Part shown: positions 9,111 to 18,007 of the stretch, in pieces
How positions within the stretch are numbered: the first letter of the stretch is position 1
Layout of the letters: each line of letters starts with the position of its first letter
Source: Candidatus Ozemobacteraceae bacterium
GTDB taxonomy: Bacteria > Muiribacteriota > Ozemobacteria > Ozemobacterales > Ozemobacteraceae
DNA length: 64,000 bases
Assembly: GCA_965140445.1 (NCBI GenBank)
Contig: OZ223236.1
Location: forward strand, 2,432,001-2,496,000
Reading direction: 5' to 3'
The notes under the pieces: model-generated
What the model was told of the DNA's origin: nothing
The model's input: only the letters and a program-made list of their open reading frames with translations
Databases searched by the model: none
Program-made: the position numbers and the translations under genes

Positions 9111-11408
9111 TTAAAAGGAGTTATATTCTGCAAGGCTTGCGAGGGTGTCTTTCCATGAAATAATACAATACCCGGCATACTCATAAATACTGTCTTCCAG
9201 ACCCATCAAAGGGAGGCTAGGGTCATAAACTTTTCTTCGGGTAGGTGGGCTATAGCAAGACTGACTTATCTGGTGAACATCATATAATCTCAGATTAATT
9301 TCTGAACCGAAAACTCTGTGCACCATGTGCATCATTCCAGAGTGTTTTATCCCAACATTATTATTTAATCTGCCTATTTCATTATAAAGTTTTACATAAT
9401 CCGGTCCAGCATAATATTTATTGTTTTGTTTTCCTCCGGATATAAACATCCCATTGGTTGTCATTTCTGGGAAGTATAGGAAATCGCCTGGTTTGTCGGT
9501 CAAATCTGTAGCGTCGAAATCTTCTGAGTTACCATCCGCTGGAACACCGAGTTTCTTTCTTAAACCGGAAAGCAACTTATAGACACCAAACTCTGAAGCC
9601 TGCGCTAGAGGGGCGCTATCAAATTTCTCATATTCTTTGGAGTAGTTTTCCCATACTTTTTTGCAAAGTTGGTCATAATCATCAAATCTAAATTTTCCAC
9701 TAGTTTCATTATATTTTTGAGCAAATTCATCTTCCAGGCTGCTTTCAATGGAAGAATTCTTCATTGGAAAGGTTGTAAAGAATTTTTTAAAATCAGTTCT
9801 AAAGCCAGCTTCATCTGTTGCGGAGGCATTTATGGTACCGGACCTGTTATGTTTTATGCAATTATCTTCTGCTTCAGTGTCATTAGCGATTGATTTGGCG
9901 ATCTCGTATTTCATATAAGGAAAGATCTCATTTTCAAAGCAATCAATTGGGCTTCGATAATCGTATACAATCCTTTCTTTTGCTATAACAGTTGCGGCAA
10001 CATGGTTTTTGAAGCCAGTTGTTTCTGCATCTTCAGCAAGTTTAGCTTTTATCTCATCTGAATAGTCGGTGCTTTCTAAGGCGTTTCCTCCGTCAGGATA
10101 ATCCTGAGGGAGGCCATAATATTCATCAAATTTTGATGGAGAAGGGTCTCCGGCCTGGTTGAAGTCGCCTGCAACAAAAACGTTTTTAGGCGAAACAATC
10201 TGGATATCTTTTCCTGGGTTACCTTTTATAACTAAATTTTCCTCTGCAAAAATAACTCCGTTAAAATCAGCTGGAAGGCTTATATTTCCAGGCCTAATGT
10301 TACTGCCAAAATCCAGTATTTTTGCTTTTACGCTGTTTGGACCTGATCCGTTCCATCCATTTGGAACCGCATAGTCCTGATTGCAATCAGAGGAGGATAA
10401 ATATATGCCTTTTGTTTTTGATTTTTCTTTATATAGATGAAAAGGAATTGGCTTAGGGGGAAGAGACATTCCAGCGTGCTTGTCTTTAAGATATGGTTTT
10501 AAGTCTGCTGGGAGTTCTGGAGTGGCCCCAACTAGTTCTTTGGGATATTCACCGAATTTTTTTGCCTCTGGTGAAGAGTAAGTTCCAGATAATGGAAAAC
10601 TCTGATTTTTGGGAATAATTTTTGTAAATTTTGGTATCCCTGGTTGTCCCCTGAAGGTCGCTTTTATTGGACTATAGAAGAAGATTCCACCAGCTCCACT
10701 GATAATGGCTTCCATGTCGTCAAGTTCCTGGTCTGTACCTGGGCCTTCTGGTGATGGGCTTTGGCGAGTGTTGAGGATACGTGAAATTTCTACCCCTTTA
10801 TGGCCGTATAAATGTCCTGTTGAGAAGACGTTTTTGTTGCCTTTTCCCGGCTCGCCATATATTAAAGACAAAAATCCACCATCGTAAAGCAAGAACTCTC
10901 TTGCTGGATATCTTCTGTTTATAACCGCTTCAACTCTTCGGATTGTATTGTCAAATTTGCCGAGCGACTCAACCAGAAGATAGCTAAATCGTTCATCAAC
11001 GTTTTTGGTGTCTGGATCGTCTATGTATGGGATATATCCAACCCTGACCCTGAATTCACCGTCACCCAGTCTTCCGGTGTAAGTGCCTTCTGAATTGCTG
11101 TCAGGATAAAATCCCAGAGAATCAATTTTTTGAAGAGTTTGCTTGTTGGGGAGGGCTTTTTTCCATTTTAAGTCTGGGGTTACTTCGTGAGTAACAAAAT
11201 CATAGTTATTAGACAATTCGGCAACAACAAATTCCAGACCAGCTTCGGCAAGAGCAAGCGCTTTAGCCTTACGGCTTTCTCTAATTGTAGTTTGCATGCG
11301 TTGTGATGAAAAGCTGAAAACGCCAGCAATTATTATCATCAAAACTATTCCCATGCCTATGGCAGTGAGAATTGCTGATCCTCTTCTATAATTGTTTAAA
11401 ATTCTCAT
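9111..11408 (-). CDS. large PilX-like minor pilin / pilus-associated protein
   Basis: RRG|SAILTAIGMGIVLMIII prepilin without Glu5; KALALAEAGLE motif typical of PilX N-termini. Confidence 0.7.
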   Translation of the reverse strand: MRILNNYRRGSAILTAIGMGIVLMIIIAGVFSFSSQRMQTTIRESRKAKALALAEAGLEFVVAELSNNYDFVTHEVTPDLKWKKALPNKQTLQKIDSLGFYPDSNSEGTYTGRLGDGEFRVRVGYIPYIDDPDTKNVDERFSYLLVESLGKFDNTIRRVEAVINRRYPAREFLLYDGGFLSLIYGEPGKGNKNVFSTGHLYGHKGVEISRILNTRQSPSPEGPGTDQELDDMEAIISGAGGIFFYSPIKATFRGQPGIPKFTKIIPKNQSFPLSGTYSSPEAKKFGEYPKELVGATPELPADLKPYLKDKHAGMSLPPKPIPFHLYKEKSKTKGIYLSSSDCNQDYAVPNGWNGSGPNSVKAKILDFGSNIRPGNISLPADFNGVIFAEENLVIKGNPGKDIQIVSPKNVFVAGDFNQAGDPSPSKFDEYYGLPQDYPDGGNALESTDYSDEIKAKLAEDAETTGFKNHVAATVIAKERIVYDYRSPIDCFENEIFPYMKYEIAKSIANDTEAEDNCIKHNRSGTINASATDEAGFRTDFKKFFTTFPMKNSSIESSLEDEFAQKYNETSGKFRFDDYDQLCKKVWENYSKEYEKFDSAPLAQASEFGVYKLLSGLRKKLGVPADGNSEDFDATDLTDKPGDFLYFPEMTTNGMFISGGKQNNKYYAGPDYVKLYNEIGRLNNNVGIKHSGMMHMVHRVFGSEINLRLYDVHQISQSCYSPPTRRKVYDPSLPLMGLEDSIYEYAGYCIISWKDTLASLAEYNSF

Positions 11409-12058
11409 TCTGGCGCAGCACCTCTTTCTTTTACAGAAATAACCAGCTGATTTTCGTATTTACTTGTAGTTTTACTTTGTTTGCCTTGTCTTGATATTGC
11501 CAACTTAATATATAGATTGCCTGAACCAGCAGAGTCCGGATCGGTCAGGCGATAGAAAATGCATTCATCAATTTTGGTCTGAACTGGAAGAATAACTTTC
11601 TCAGAAGGTATTGGATTTTTCTTGTTATCAAAAGGAAGCATTTCACGGCAAAGAGTCCAGGGGCTGTTTGTGTCACCAGGCTCTTCTCTTTCAAGAAAAT
11701 ATTTTACCCTTGTCTGTGTATAATTATACTCGCCTTCTGGCAAAGTGGTGGGATCTTTTGAGAAATCATAATTGACTTTCATAAACATAAGGTAATTGCC
11801 GGGGTCTTCTGTTTTTAATGTGGGAATTTGACTCCGCTTAAAACTTTTGGGGCAGTTCTCAAAAATAAAATTAGACTCCCTCACATCATCAGTTATTTTT
11901 TGAATGGTTCTATCCATTTCATCGTTGATCCCATGATTTTCTATAATTTCACGTGCTCCTCGATTTGCTCCAAAAAAAACTTTGTAAAGCGCTGCCATGA
12001 GCAAAGACATTACAATCATCACGATCATCAATTCAATTAGGGTAAAGCCTTTTTTCAT
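11405..12058 (-). CDS. prepilin-type protein (PilW/GspJ-like)
   Basis: KKG|FTLIELMIV N-methylation motif. Confidence 0.85.
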   Translation of the reverse strand: MKKGFTLIELMIVMIVMSLLMAALYKVFFGANRGAREIIENHGINDEMDRTIQKITDDVRESNFIFENCPKSFKRSQIPTLKTEDPGNYLMFMKVNYDFSKDPTTLPEGEYNYTQTRVKYFLEREEPGDTNSPWTLCREMLPFDNKKNPIPSEKVILPVQTKIDECIFYRLTDPDSAGSGNLYIKLAISRQGKQSKTTSKYENQLVISVKERGAAPE

Positions 12059-12059
12059 G

Positions 12060-12524
12060 CTAATTCCTTTTTGACAGGGCCGTTGAGATTTCTAAACGAT
12101 GTGTTTTTTTATCTTTTCCTACATATTCTATTGCGAAAAATATGACATTTAAAATTGTCGGATCTGTAGGAGCTTCTGAATTTTTTACTGGTTCGATCTT
12201 AACATCTTTAATTTCATAGGAAATGCCGTTTATGTCATGTTTTCTGTAATTATCATCATTTTTTAGCTTCCACTCGAAGGTTTTTTTCATTTCATTTGGT
12301 TTGGAGCTATATTGATCAGCCTCGATTAAATCAAAGGTGTATCCGCGACACATTTCCTGGATTTTTTGGGCAAGGAACGCAGCATTTGCATGATCTCGAG
12401 TTGCTGTAACTGTTTTTGTCTGGCTGGTTATAACATTTAATGATGGAATAATGATTAGTGCCAGTAAAACAACACCTATCATTACCTCAACAAGAGACAT
12501 TCCATTTTTAGTTATAATTTTCAT
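12060..12524 (-). CDS. prepilin-type protein (PilV/GspI-like)
   Basis: KNG|MSLVEVMIGVVLLALII motif. Confidence 0.85.
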   Translation of the reverse strand: MKIITKNGMSLVEVMIGVVLLALIIIPSLNVITSQTKTVTATRDHANAAFLAQKIQEMCRGYTFDLIEADQYSSKPNEMKKTFEWKLKNDDNYRKHDINGISYEIKDVKIEPVKNSEAPTDPTILNVIFFAIEYVGKDKKTHRLEISTALSKRN

Positions 12525-13750
12525 TCCGGGTAGATCAAAAACTCCCTTCTTTTTTTTAAGAACGAAGCAATTTCTGGTTGAATTGAGGCAAATAGTTGCA
12601 TTAAGGGGGTTCCATTTATTATTGCAATACGTATTTTGGAGTTACCCAGAAGAGTGTCTATTGCTTCTGCAACATGTGAATTGTTTAACGGGATTTTTTC
12701 AGGATGCATATCCCATAATGCTCTCATTATTGAGATCCCAGTTAAAAAAGGATCATAAGTTATGACATCGGTGATAATAATTTCAATTCCGAAAACTTCT
12801 TTTTTTGCAAATAGTCCGTAATAAGGTTTTAAGGTTACTGGAATAAATTTTACTCCTGGTAGCTTATGCTTCTCAAGTTTTTGAGCAAGCATTTCCCCAT
12901 CTAGCCAGGGGGCCAATATGTAATGAAAAGGGCGAGTGGTACCAACACCAGTTGAAAAAACTCCCATTTCACCCAGAAATCCAGTTGCTGCATAGTAAAG
13001 TGGAGTTTCTGCTTCAGGAATGTGATCTGATGGTGGCGTCCAATGCATACCTGTGTCTTTAAATGACATAGACCTTTTGTAGCCTTCCATGCCTATGACA
13101 GTTAAGTTTGCACCTAGCCCAAATACCTTGTTAAAAAAAAGAGCAAGTTCTCCAATCGTCATACCGTATATTAGAGGGACTGGGTAAACTCCAAACTTGC
13201 TTCTGTGGTTTACTTCCAACACCGGTCCTGAGACTGTTTCAGCACTAATTGGATTTGGACGGTCCAGAATCATTACTGGTATAGAGCTCTCTCTTGCCAG
13301 ATCCAGAAACTGAGCCAGTAAAGTTAGATAATTAAAATAACGAATCCCGATATCTTGAAAATCCACAATTAAAAGCTCTGTGTCCTCAAAAACATCTTTT
13401 CCTGGGCGATTAAGGGGATCAGTTATTTCATGAATTTTAGCATTTGTGATGGCATCTCTATAGATTCCTGGAATTTCACTGGGTATTTTTTCACGAAAAT
13501 AATTCTCCCCAGTGAAGATTAGTTTTACCTCGGCTGCTTTTGCTATTCTATCTATAGTGTGATTAAAGCTTTGGTCAAAAGATGACTTTGAAACTAAAAG
13601 AGCCACTTTTTTATTTCTAACTAGATCGGGGTGCTGTCTTGCCAGAACTTCGATCCCAATTTTAAATTCGGTTCCACTACTTGCTTTGCAAAATGAAGCA
13701 AGGAATAGAAGCACAAACAAAAGTTTTTTTAACTCAAATCTTCTTTTCAT
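12521..13750 (-). CDS. exported DUF1343/NamZ-family protein (divergent)
   Basis: Signal peptide; DFQDIGIRYFNY, LDRPNP, YGMTIGELA and WTPPS motifs. Confidence 0.85.
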   Translation of the reverse strand: MKRRFELKKLLFVLLFLASFCKASSGTEFKIGIEVLARQHPDLVRNKKVALLVSKSSFDQSFNHTIDRIAKAAEVKLIFTGENYFREKIPSEIPGIYRDAITNAKIHEITDPLNRPGKDVFEDTELLIVDFQDIGIRYFNYLTLLAQFLDLARESSIPVMILDRPNPISAETVSGPVLEVNHRSKFGVYPVPLIYGMTIGELALFFNKVFGLGANLTVIGMEGYKRSMSFKDTGMHWTPPSDHIPEAETPLYYAATGFLGEMGVFSTGVGTTRPFHYILAPWLDGEMLAQKLEKHKLPGVKFIPVTLKPYYGLFAKKEVFGIEIIITDVITYDPFLTGISIMRALWDMHPEKIPLNNSHVAEAIDTLLGNSKIRIAIINGTPLMQLFASIQPEIASFLKKRREFLIYPE

Positions 13751-13846
13751 TTAGTCATATTACTTTAAAGTGGAAATATCATCAACTCAAATGGGTTATA
13801 ATTCGACACCTAAATGTGATAAAATGCCAGTGGGGTTTTATGTAAA

Positions 13847-14695
13847 ATGAAAAGACAACCAGCAGTAGCGGGAAGATTTTATCCTGAAAATAGAGATGAG
13901 CTTCTTAAAAGTATAGGCGAATCGTATGCTCACTTTTTAGGAGTTCAAAAAAATGAAATCCATGCCTCGGGAAAGCTAAGAATGCTTATTGCCCCGCATG
14001 CTGGCTATATGTTTAGCGGTCCCCCTTCTTCCTGGGGATTCTCTCGTTTGAAGCAGGAGCGTCCTCTACCTTCACGAATAGTATTGCTTGGACCCAAACA
14101 TACTCCCTATGGAGCCGGTGTTTCTGTTAGTTCATCAGATTTCTGGACAACCCCATTAGGAGATGTTCCAGTGGACAAAGAATTTGTGAAGCGTCTTTGT
14201 TCAGTTTCTGAGGTTTTTACAGCCGATACAGATGCGCATAGATACGAGCATTCAATTGAAGTTCAATTGCCTTTTTTACAAGAGCTTTATGGAAAGAAGG
14301 AATTTAAAATTGTCCCAATTGCAATTCAGTTTAATGTTTTTTCCATTTTTCAAACTTTATCTTATGAGCTTCACGATGCAATAACTGAATCTGAAGGCGA
14401 AACCTTAATTATTGTAAGCTCGGATTTTTCCCATGATACTCCTCTTGATGAGGCTTACAAATTAGATGGCGAAGCCATAGAGCTCATAAAAAGATTAGAC
14501 GCAAAAGGGTTTTACGATTTAGTGGTGTCAGAAAACCGCTCAATATGTGGTCTTATGCCAATCACATTAGGTCTGACTTTGATGAAGGCAATGAATGTTC
14601 AGGCGCAGCTCCTAAAATATTCTACTTCAATGGAAATAATGGATCATGATCGTGGAGTTGGTTACGCATCAATTATTTTTGAGGACAAGAAATGA
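13847..14695 (+). CDS. amrB: AmmeMemoRadiSam system protein B (MEMO1 family)
   Basis: RQPAVAGRFYP, IAPHAGYMFSG, EHSIEVQLPFLQ, SSDFSH, SICG and VGYAS motifs. Confidence 0.9.
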   Translation: MKRQPAVAGRFYPENRDELLKSIGESYAHFLGVQKNEIHASGKLRMLIAPHAGYMFSGPPSSWGFSRLKQERPLPSRIVLLGPKHTPYGAGVSVSSSDFWTTPLGDVPVDKEFVKRLCSVSEVFTADTDAHRYEHSIEVQLPFLQELYGKKEFKIVPIAIQFNVFSIFQTLSYELHDAITESEGETLIIVSSDFSHDTPLDEAYKLDGEAIELIKRLDAKGFYDLVVSENRSICGLMPITLGLTLMKAMNVQAQLLKYSTSMEIMDHDRGVGYASIIFEDKK

Positions 14696-14931
14696 CACCT
14701 ATTGAAGTCGGTTTTTTATTGGGTATGATGTGGGCTTTTTTCCTCATTATCTGGACTTTGGCTGAAATAACTGCCGGAGAACCAAGCCCATGGCTGTTAA
14801 TTATTGCCTATATATATGATGGCTTCAATTTTACTCCAAAAGGAATTTTGATTGGGGCTGGTTGGGCTTTCTCTGATGGTTTTATATCAGGTTTTGTTAT
14901 TACCTGGATAGTAAATTGGATATTTTATTAA
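14692..14931 (+). CDS. small two-TM membrane protein
   Basis: Hydrophobic 79 aa; ATGA overlap with amrB; Y.GF..T..G..IG..WAF.DG motif. Confidence 0.65.
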   Translation: MTPIEVGFLLGMMWAFFLIIWTLAEITAGEPSPWLLIIAYIYDGFNFTPKGILIGAGWAFSDGFISGFVITWIVNWIFY

Positions 14932-16238
14932 AATTGAAAACTTCCGTATACTTCCAGCTTTCTTTCTCTGTAGTAGTCCCTGACTCTATCTCCTATTGAT
15001 GCATAAAGTCGGCCTTGAGGAAACTGATAACTCAGGTGAATAAGTGCTCCAACCCCCTTTTCATATTGGGTGTCATTGGCTTTAAGTTTATAAACATTGC
15101 TTATTACATTGGTGTCGATACCCCACCACCAGTTGGTTCCTACAGACCTTTCCCATGACAGGGTCAGCTCTGCGCTTTTAAAGTCGGTAGGACTCCAATA
15201 ATTTAATATTTGCCCAAATTCATCAGTTTGTTCTTCATAGGTGGCCTGGCTAATTTTTAAGTTAAGTGAAAGAAATGGCGCTCCCTGCCTATAAAGGAAA
15301 TGAAGGAATTCTGTGTCATACTTTTTGTAAGAATTGCCGTCTGACAAGTCAGATAAAAAAACCGATTGAATTATGCGAGTTCTTTTGTGAAGATCGCCCC
15401 ACAAAGAAATTCCATAATTTTTTTCTGACATAAAATTTTTAATAGTGAATAAATTGCTTTTAAATGATTTTTTTCCACCAGAAACCGACATGTGAAGGTT
15501 GTCAGTTCCAGTAATGGCCTGCCAGCTAAATCCGCCAATGGTTTCGTTACTTGAAAAGACTTCGGGAGCATACGTCAAAGACATGCTGCTTGAATCGTCG
15601 AATTTGTAATCCAATTGTCCGGAAAGAACCTGACTTGATACTTCATCGAGGTTTTCTTTGTGGCTCCAATTCTCAAATCTGTATCTTCCAGTCATTTTTC
15701 TATAGGTGTGAGAGGGAAAGAAACCTTCTATTGAGGAGATGGTCTGGCTCAATCCCTTGTCGTCTTCTATAACCGTTGTGCCTAGTTGAAATTCATTTTT
15801 TAATTTGGTTCTTAAATTTAAAACCTGATAGCTTAAATAATCTGAGATTGGATAGGTTTTGTGGAGATCGTCCACGACGGCTTTTGCCTTGTCAAATTCA
15901 CCTTTTTGGTAGTGGACCATAGTCATGCCCTGGTTCGCTTTAAGATTTTTGGGGTCTAATTCTATTGCCATTTCAAAAAATCTTTGGGCCTCTAATAGCT
16001 TGCCTTGAGTTAATCTAAGTTCTCCCAATTCCAGATATGCATCTAGTTTGGTTCTTTCACTGGTAAGTTTTTCAATTGCGATGTCTCTCTCAATGGCATA
16101 CAGTTCTCTGAGCTCTTTTGAAAGCTTGTCAGGACTTGCCTGCGAGGGAATTAAAAGATCGACAGGCTGCCCGTGGACTAAATTTCCACAGGATAGTAAA
16201 AGAAATATTGTCAGGAGTAATTTGGCGCGCATTTTCAT
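14928..16238 (-). CDS. TPR + outer-membrane beta-barrel protein
   Basis: Signal peptide, 2-3 TPRs, alternating aromatic beta strands, terminal YGSFQF. Confidence 0.7.
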   Translation of the reverse strand: MKMRAKLLLTIFLLLSCGNLVHGQPVDLLIPSQASPDKLSKELRELYAIERDIAIEKLTSERTKLDAYLELGELRLTQGKLLEAQRFFEMAIELDPKNLKANQGMTMVHYQKGEFDKAKAVVDDLHKTYPISDYLSYQVLNLRTKLKNEFQLGTTVIEDDKGLSQTISSIEGFFPSHTYRKMTGRYRFENWSHKENLDEVSSQVLSGQLDYKFDDSSSMSLTYAPEVFSSNETIGGFSWQAITGTDNLHMSVSGGKKSFKSNLFTIKNFMSEKNYGISLWGDLHKRTRIIQSVFLSDLSDGNSYKKYDTEFLHFLYRQGAPFLSLNLKISQATYEEQTDEFGQILNYWSPTDFKSAELTLSWERSVGTNWWWGIDTNVISNVYKLKANDTQYEKGVGALIHLSYQFPQGRLYASIGDRVRDYYRERKLEVYGSFQF

Positions 16239-16248
16239 CCTATATTGA

Positions 16249-16256
16249 TTATCGGC
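16249..16256 (-). promoter_or_regulatory. sigma28-like promoter
   Basis: Minus strand TAAT-N15-GCCGATAA just upstream of start 16238. Confidence 0.5.
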
Positions 16257-16312
16257 ATATTTGAAAAATTTATTATTTGCTGTTTGCTAAGTTTAGTTTG
16301 ATGAAAAATGGC

Positions 16313-16346
16313 AAAAAAAAAGACCGCCAGAAAGGCGGTCTTTTTT
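16313..16346. terminator. intrinsic terminator
   Basis: A9-GACCGCC-AGAAA-GGCGGTC-T6. Confidence 0.9.
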
Positions 16347-16355
16347 AGAATCTAA

Positions 16356-17351
16356 TTATTCTCTTTCGTCTGCGTCTTTATTTGCTTCAGGGGCTTTCTG
16401 CATTTGTTTGATTCTATCTTCCATTTTTTTCTTAATTTCTTCAAGCTTAGCTTTTGGAACATTAAGGCTGATTTTAACAGAAGTTTCTGCAGATGTAAGT
16501 TTAACCATGTTCAATACTTCAGCTGCTTCAGGGGCTTGGCCTGCGAACATCTTAAGCATGGCAAGGAAGCCATTAAGAGAGGTCATAACTGTTTCTACGT
16601 TTTCTTTTTTATCTACTTCACCGTTGAAGTTAAATTCAATAGTATCGCCATGATTAAAAGAGAAGTGGAAAAAGTTTAGAGCTGCAAGTGGAGCTGCCTG
16701 AGGGTTAGCTTTTACTTTAGCTTTAAGTTCAGCTGGGATATTGCCAGCGCCGCTAAGAGTAGCATTGTGGTCAACTTTACTGAGAACAGCAAAGAAAGAC
16801 TTTTTGTTAGAGATGTTTTTTGCTTTGCCTTTTTTAACTGCGATAACAGACATAATACCTTTTTCGGCGCCTACAACAGCAGTATTGTTATCAAGGAATA
16901 CACCAAAACCATCTTTTTTTGATTTAGGGATCATTGCATCGAAGCCTTCAATTTTTGAAAATTCTACATCTTTTGATGCTTTTTCATCTTTTTTGATTGC
17001 TTCCATGATTTTTGAAGGTGTGAAGTCGCCTTCAAAAATTGCACCAGCATTTTGAGCTTTTTTATCAACTACTTTACCAGATGAAAAAATAACAACTTTT
17101 TTGAGATTTTCCATTGGGTTGAAGCCAGTGTTTTTTACAAATTCATCAAAAGCTTTTTTCTGTTCTGGTGATTTTGCCATGTTATCAACAAAAGCTTTTT
17201 TTACTTCTGGGCTATTGGTTAGTTTTCCAACATTGATTTCAAAAACAAAATCAGCTTCTTCAGGGATAAGTTGAAGAAGGTCTGCGCCAAAAATACTTGA
17301 GCCAGTAAAAGCTACCATTAGAGCGGTAACGAGAAGAAGCTTTCTAATCAT
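16356..17351 (-). CDS. exported hypothetical protein (DUF3352-like N-terminus)
   Basis: Signal peptide followed by LLQLIPEEADFVFEINV; GAGGAG RBS. Confidence 0.6.
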   Translation of the reverse strand: MIRKLLLVTALMVAFTGSSIFGADLLQLIPEEADFVFEINVGKLTNSPEVKKAFVDNMAKSPEQKKAFDEFVKNTGFNPMENLKKVVIFSSGKVVDKKAQNAGAIFEGDFTPSKIMEAIKKDEKASKDVEFSKIEGFDAMIPKSKKDGFGVFLDNNTAVVGAEKGIMSVIAVKKGKAKNISNKKSFFAVLSKVDHNATLSGAGNIPAELKAKVKANPQAAPLAALNFFHFSFNHGDTIEFNFNGEVDKKENVETVMTSLNGFLAMLKMFAGQAPEAAEVLNMVKLTSAETSVKISLNVPKAKLEEIKKKMEDRIKQMQKAPEANKDADERE

Positions 17352-17399
17352 ATAAGTTTGTACTCCTCAGAAAATTTTATTTGTATAAGACTGTCTTGG

Positions 17400-17429
17400 A
17401 TAATAGCTTTGTAAGGTACCAATTGTCAA
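17400..17429 (-). promoter_or_regulatory. sigma70 promoter
   Basis: Minus strand TTGACA-N18-TATTAT. Confidence 0.6.
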
Positions 17430-17555
17430 GAATAACTGAGTTATTGCTTGAGTCTTCTCTATAAAGAGATTATACGGGCTCTTGAATCATATACAAGTCT
17501 ATGATAGCATTGGCACCCAGAATAGCGATTTAATTTTCGATAGGATAGCGAAAAA

Positions 17556-17972
17556 ATGAATTCAGAAAAAATCAAAAAGCTTTACACGGCAATGTCTGAG
17601 AACGGTTTTAACGAATTAGAACTTGAAATCGGTGGAGACGAAAAAATTCGTCTAGTGCTTGAATCTCAGACTAACGAATATCTTCAACCAGGTAATTTTG
17701 TTGAAGATAATCTTGACTCAGATGATGTTATTGAGAAGACCCAACTTGAAATTCGTTCAGACAAGGTTGGAGTTTTTAACTTTACAGATAAAAAAATTGA
17801 ATTGGGAATGACTGTCGAAAAAGGCGAAATTCTTGGATCTATAAAAGGAATAAGCTTTAAAGACAACATCAAATGTGCGGTTGGAGGAGTTCTATCAGAA
17901 ATTAATGTTCAAGAAGGAACTGTAGTGGACTTTGGAAAACTACTTTTCATGATTGACCTTAACGCTGAGTAA
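17556..17972 (+). CDS. AccB/BCCP-like protein lacking the biotinyl-lysine
   Basis: AccB-type N-terminus and biotinyl-domain fold motifs, but KGIS where EAMK is expected. Confidence 0.75.
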   Translation: MNSEKIKKLYTAMSENGFNELELEIGGDEKIRLVLESQTNEYLQPGNFVEDNLDSDDVIEKTQLEIRSDKVGVFNFTDKKIELGMTVEKGEILGSIKGISFKDNIKCAVGGVLSEINVQEGTVVDFGKLLFMIDLNAE

Positions 17973-18007
17973 CTGAATTCCGAAAATCCTAAAACTGGAG
18001 ATTTGAA

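Noticed and set aside
14692..14931. Possible phage holin indicating a prophage
   Set aside because: Resembles small proteins sometimes labelled holin, but there are no endolysin or phage genes nearby.
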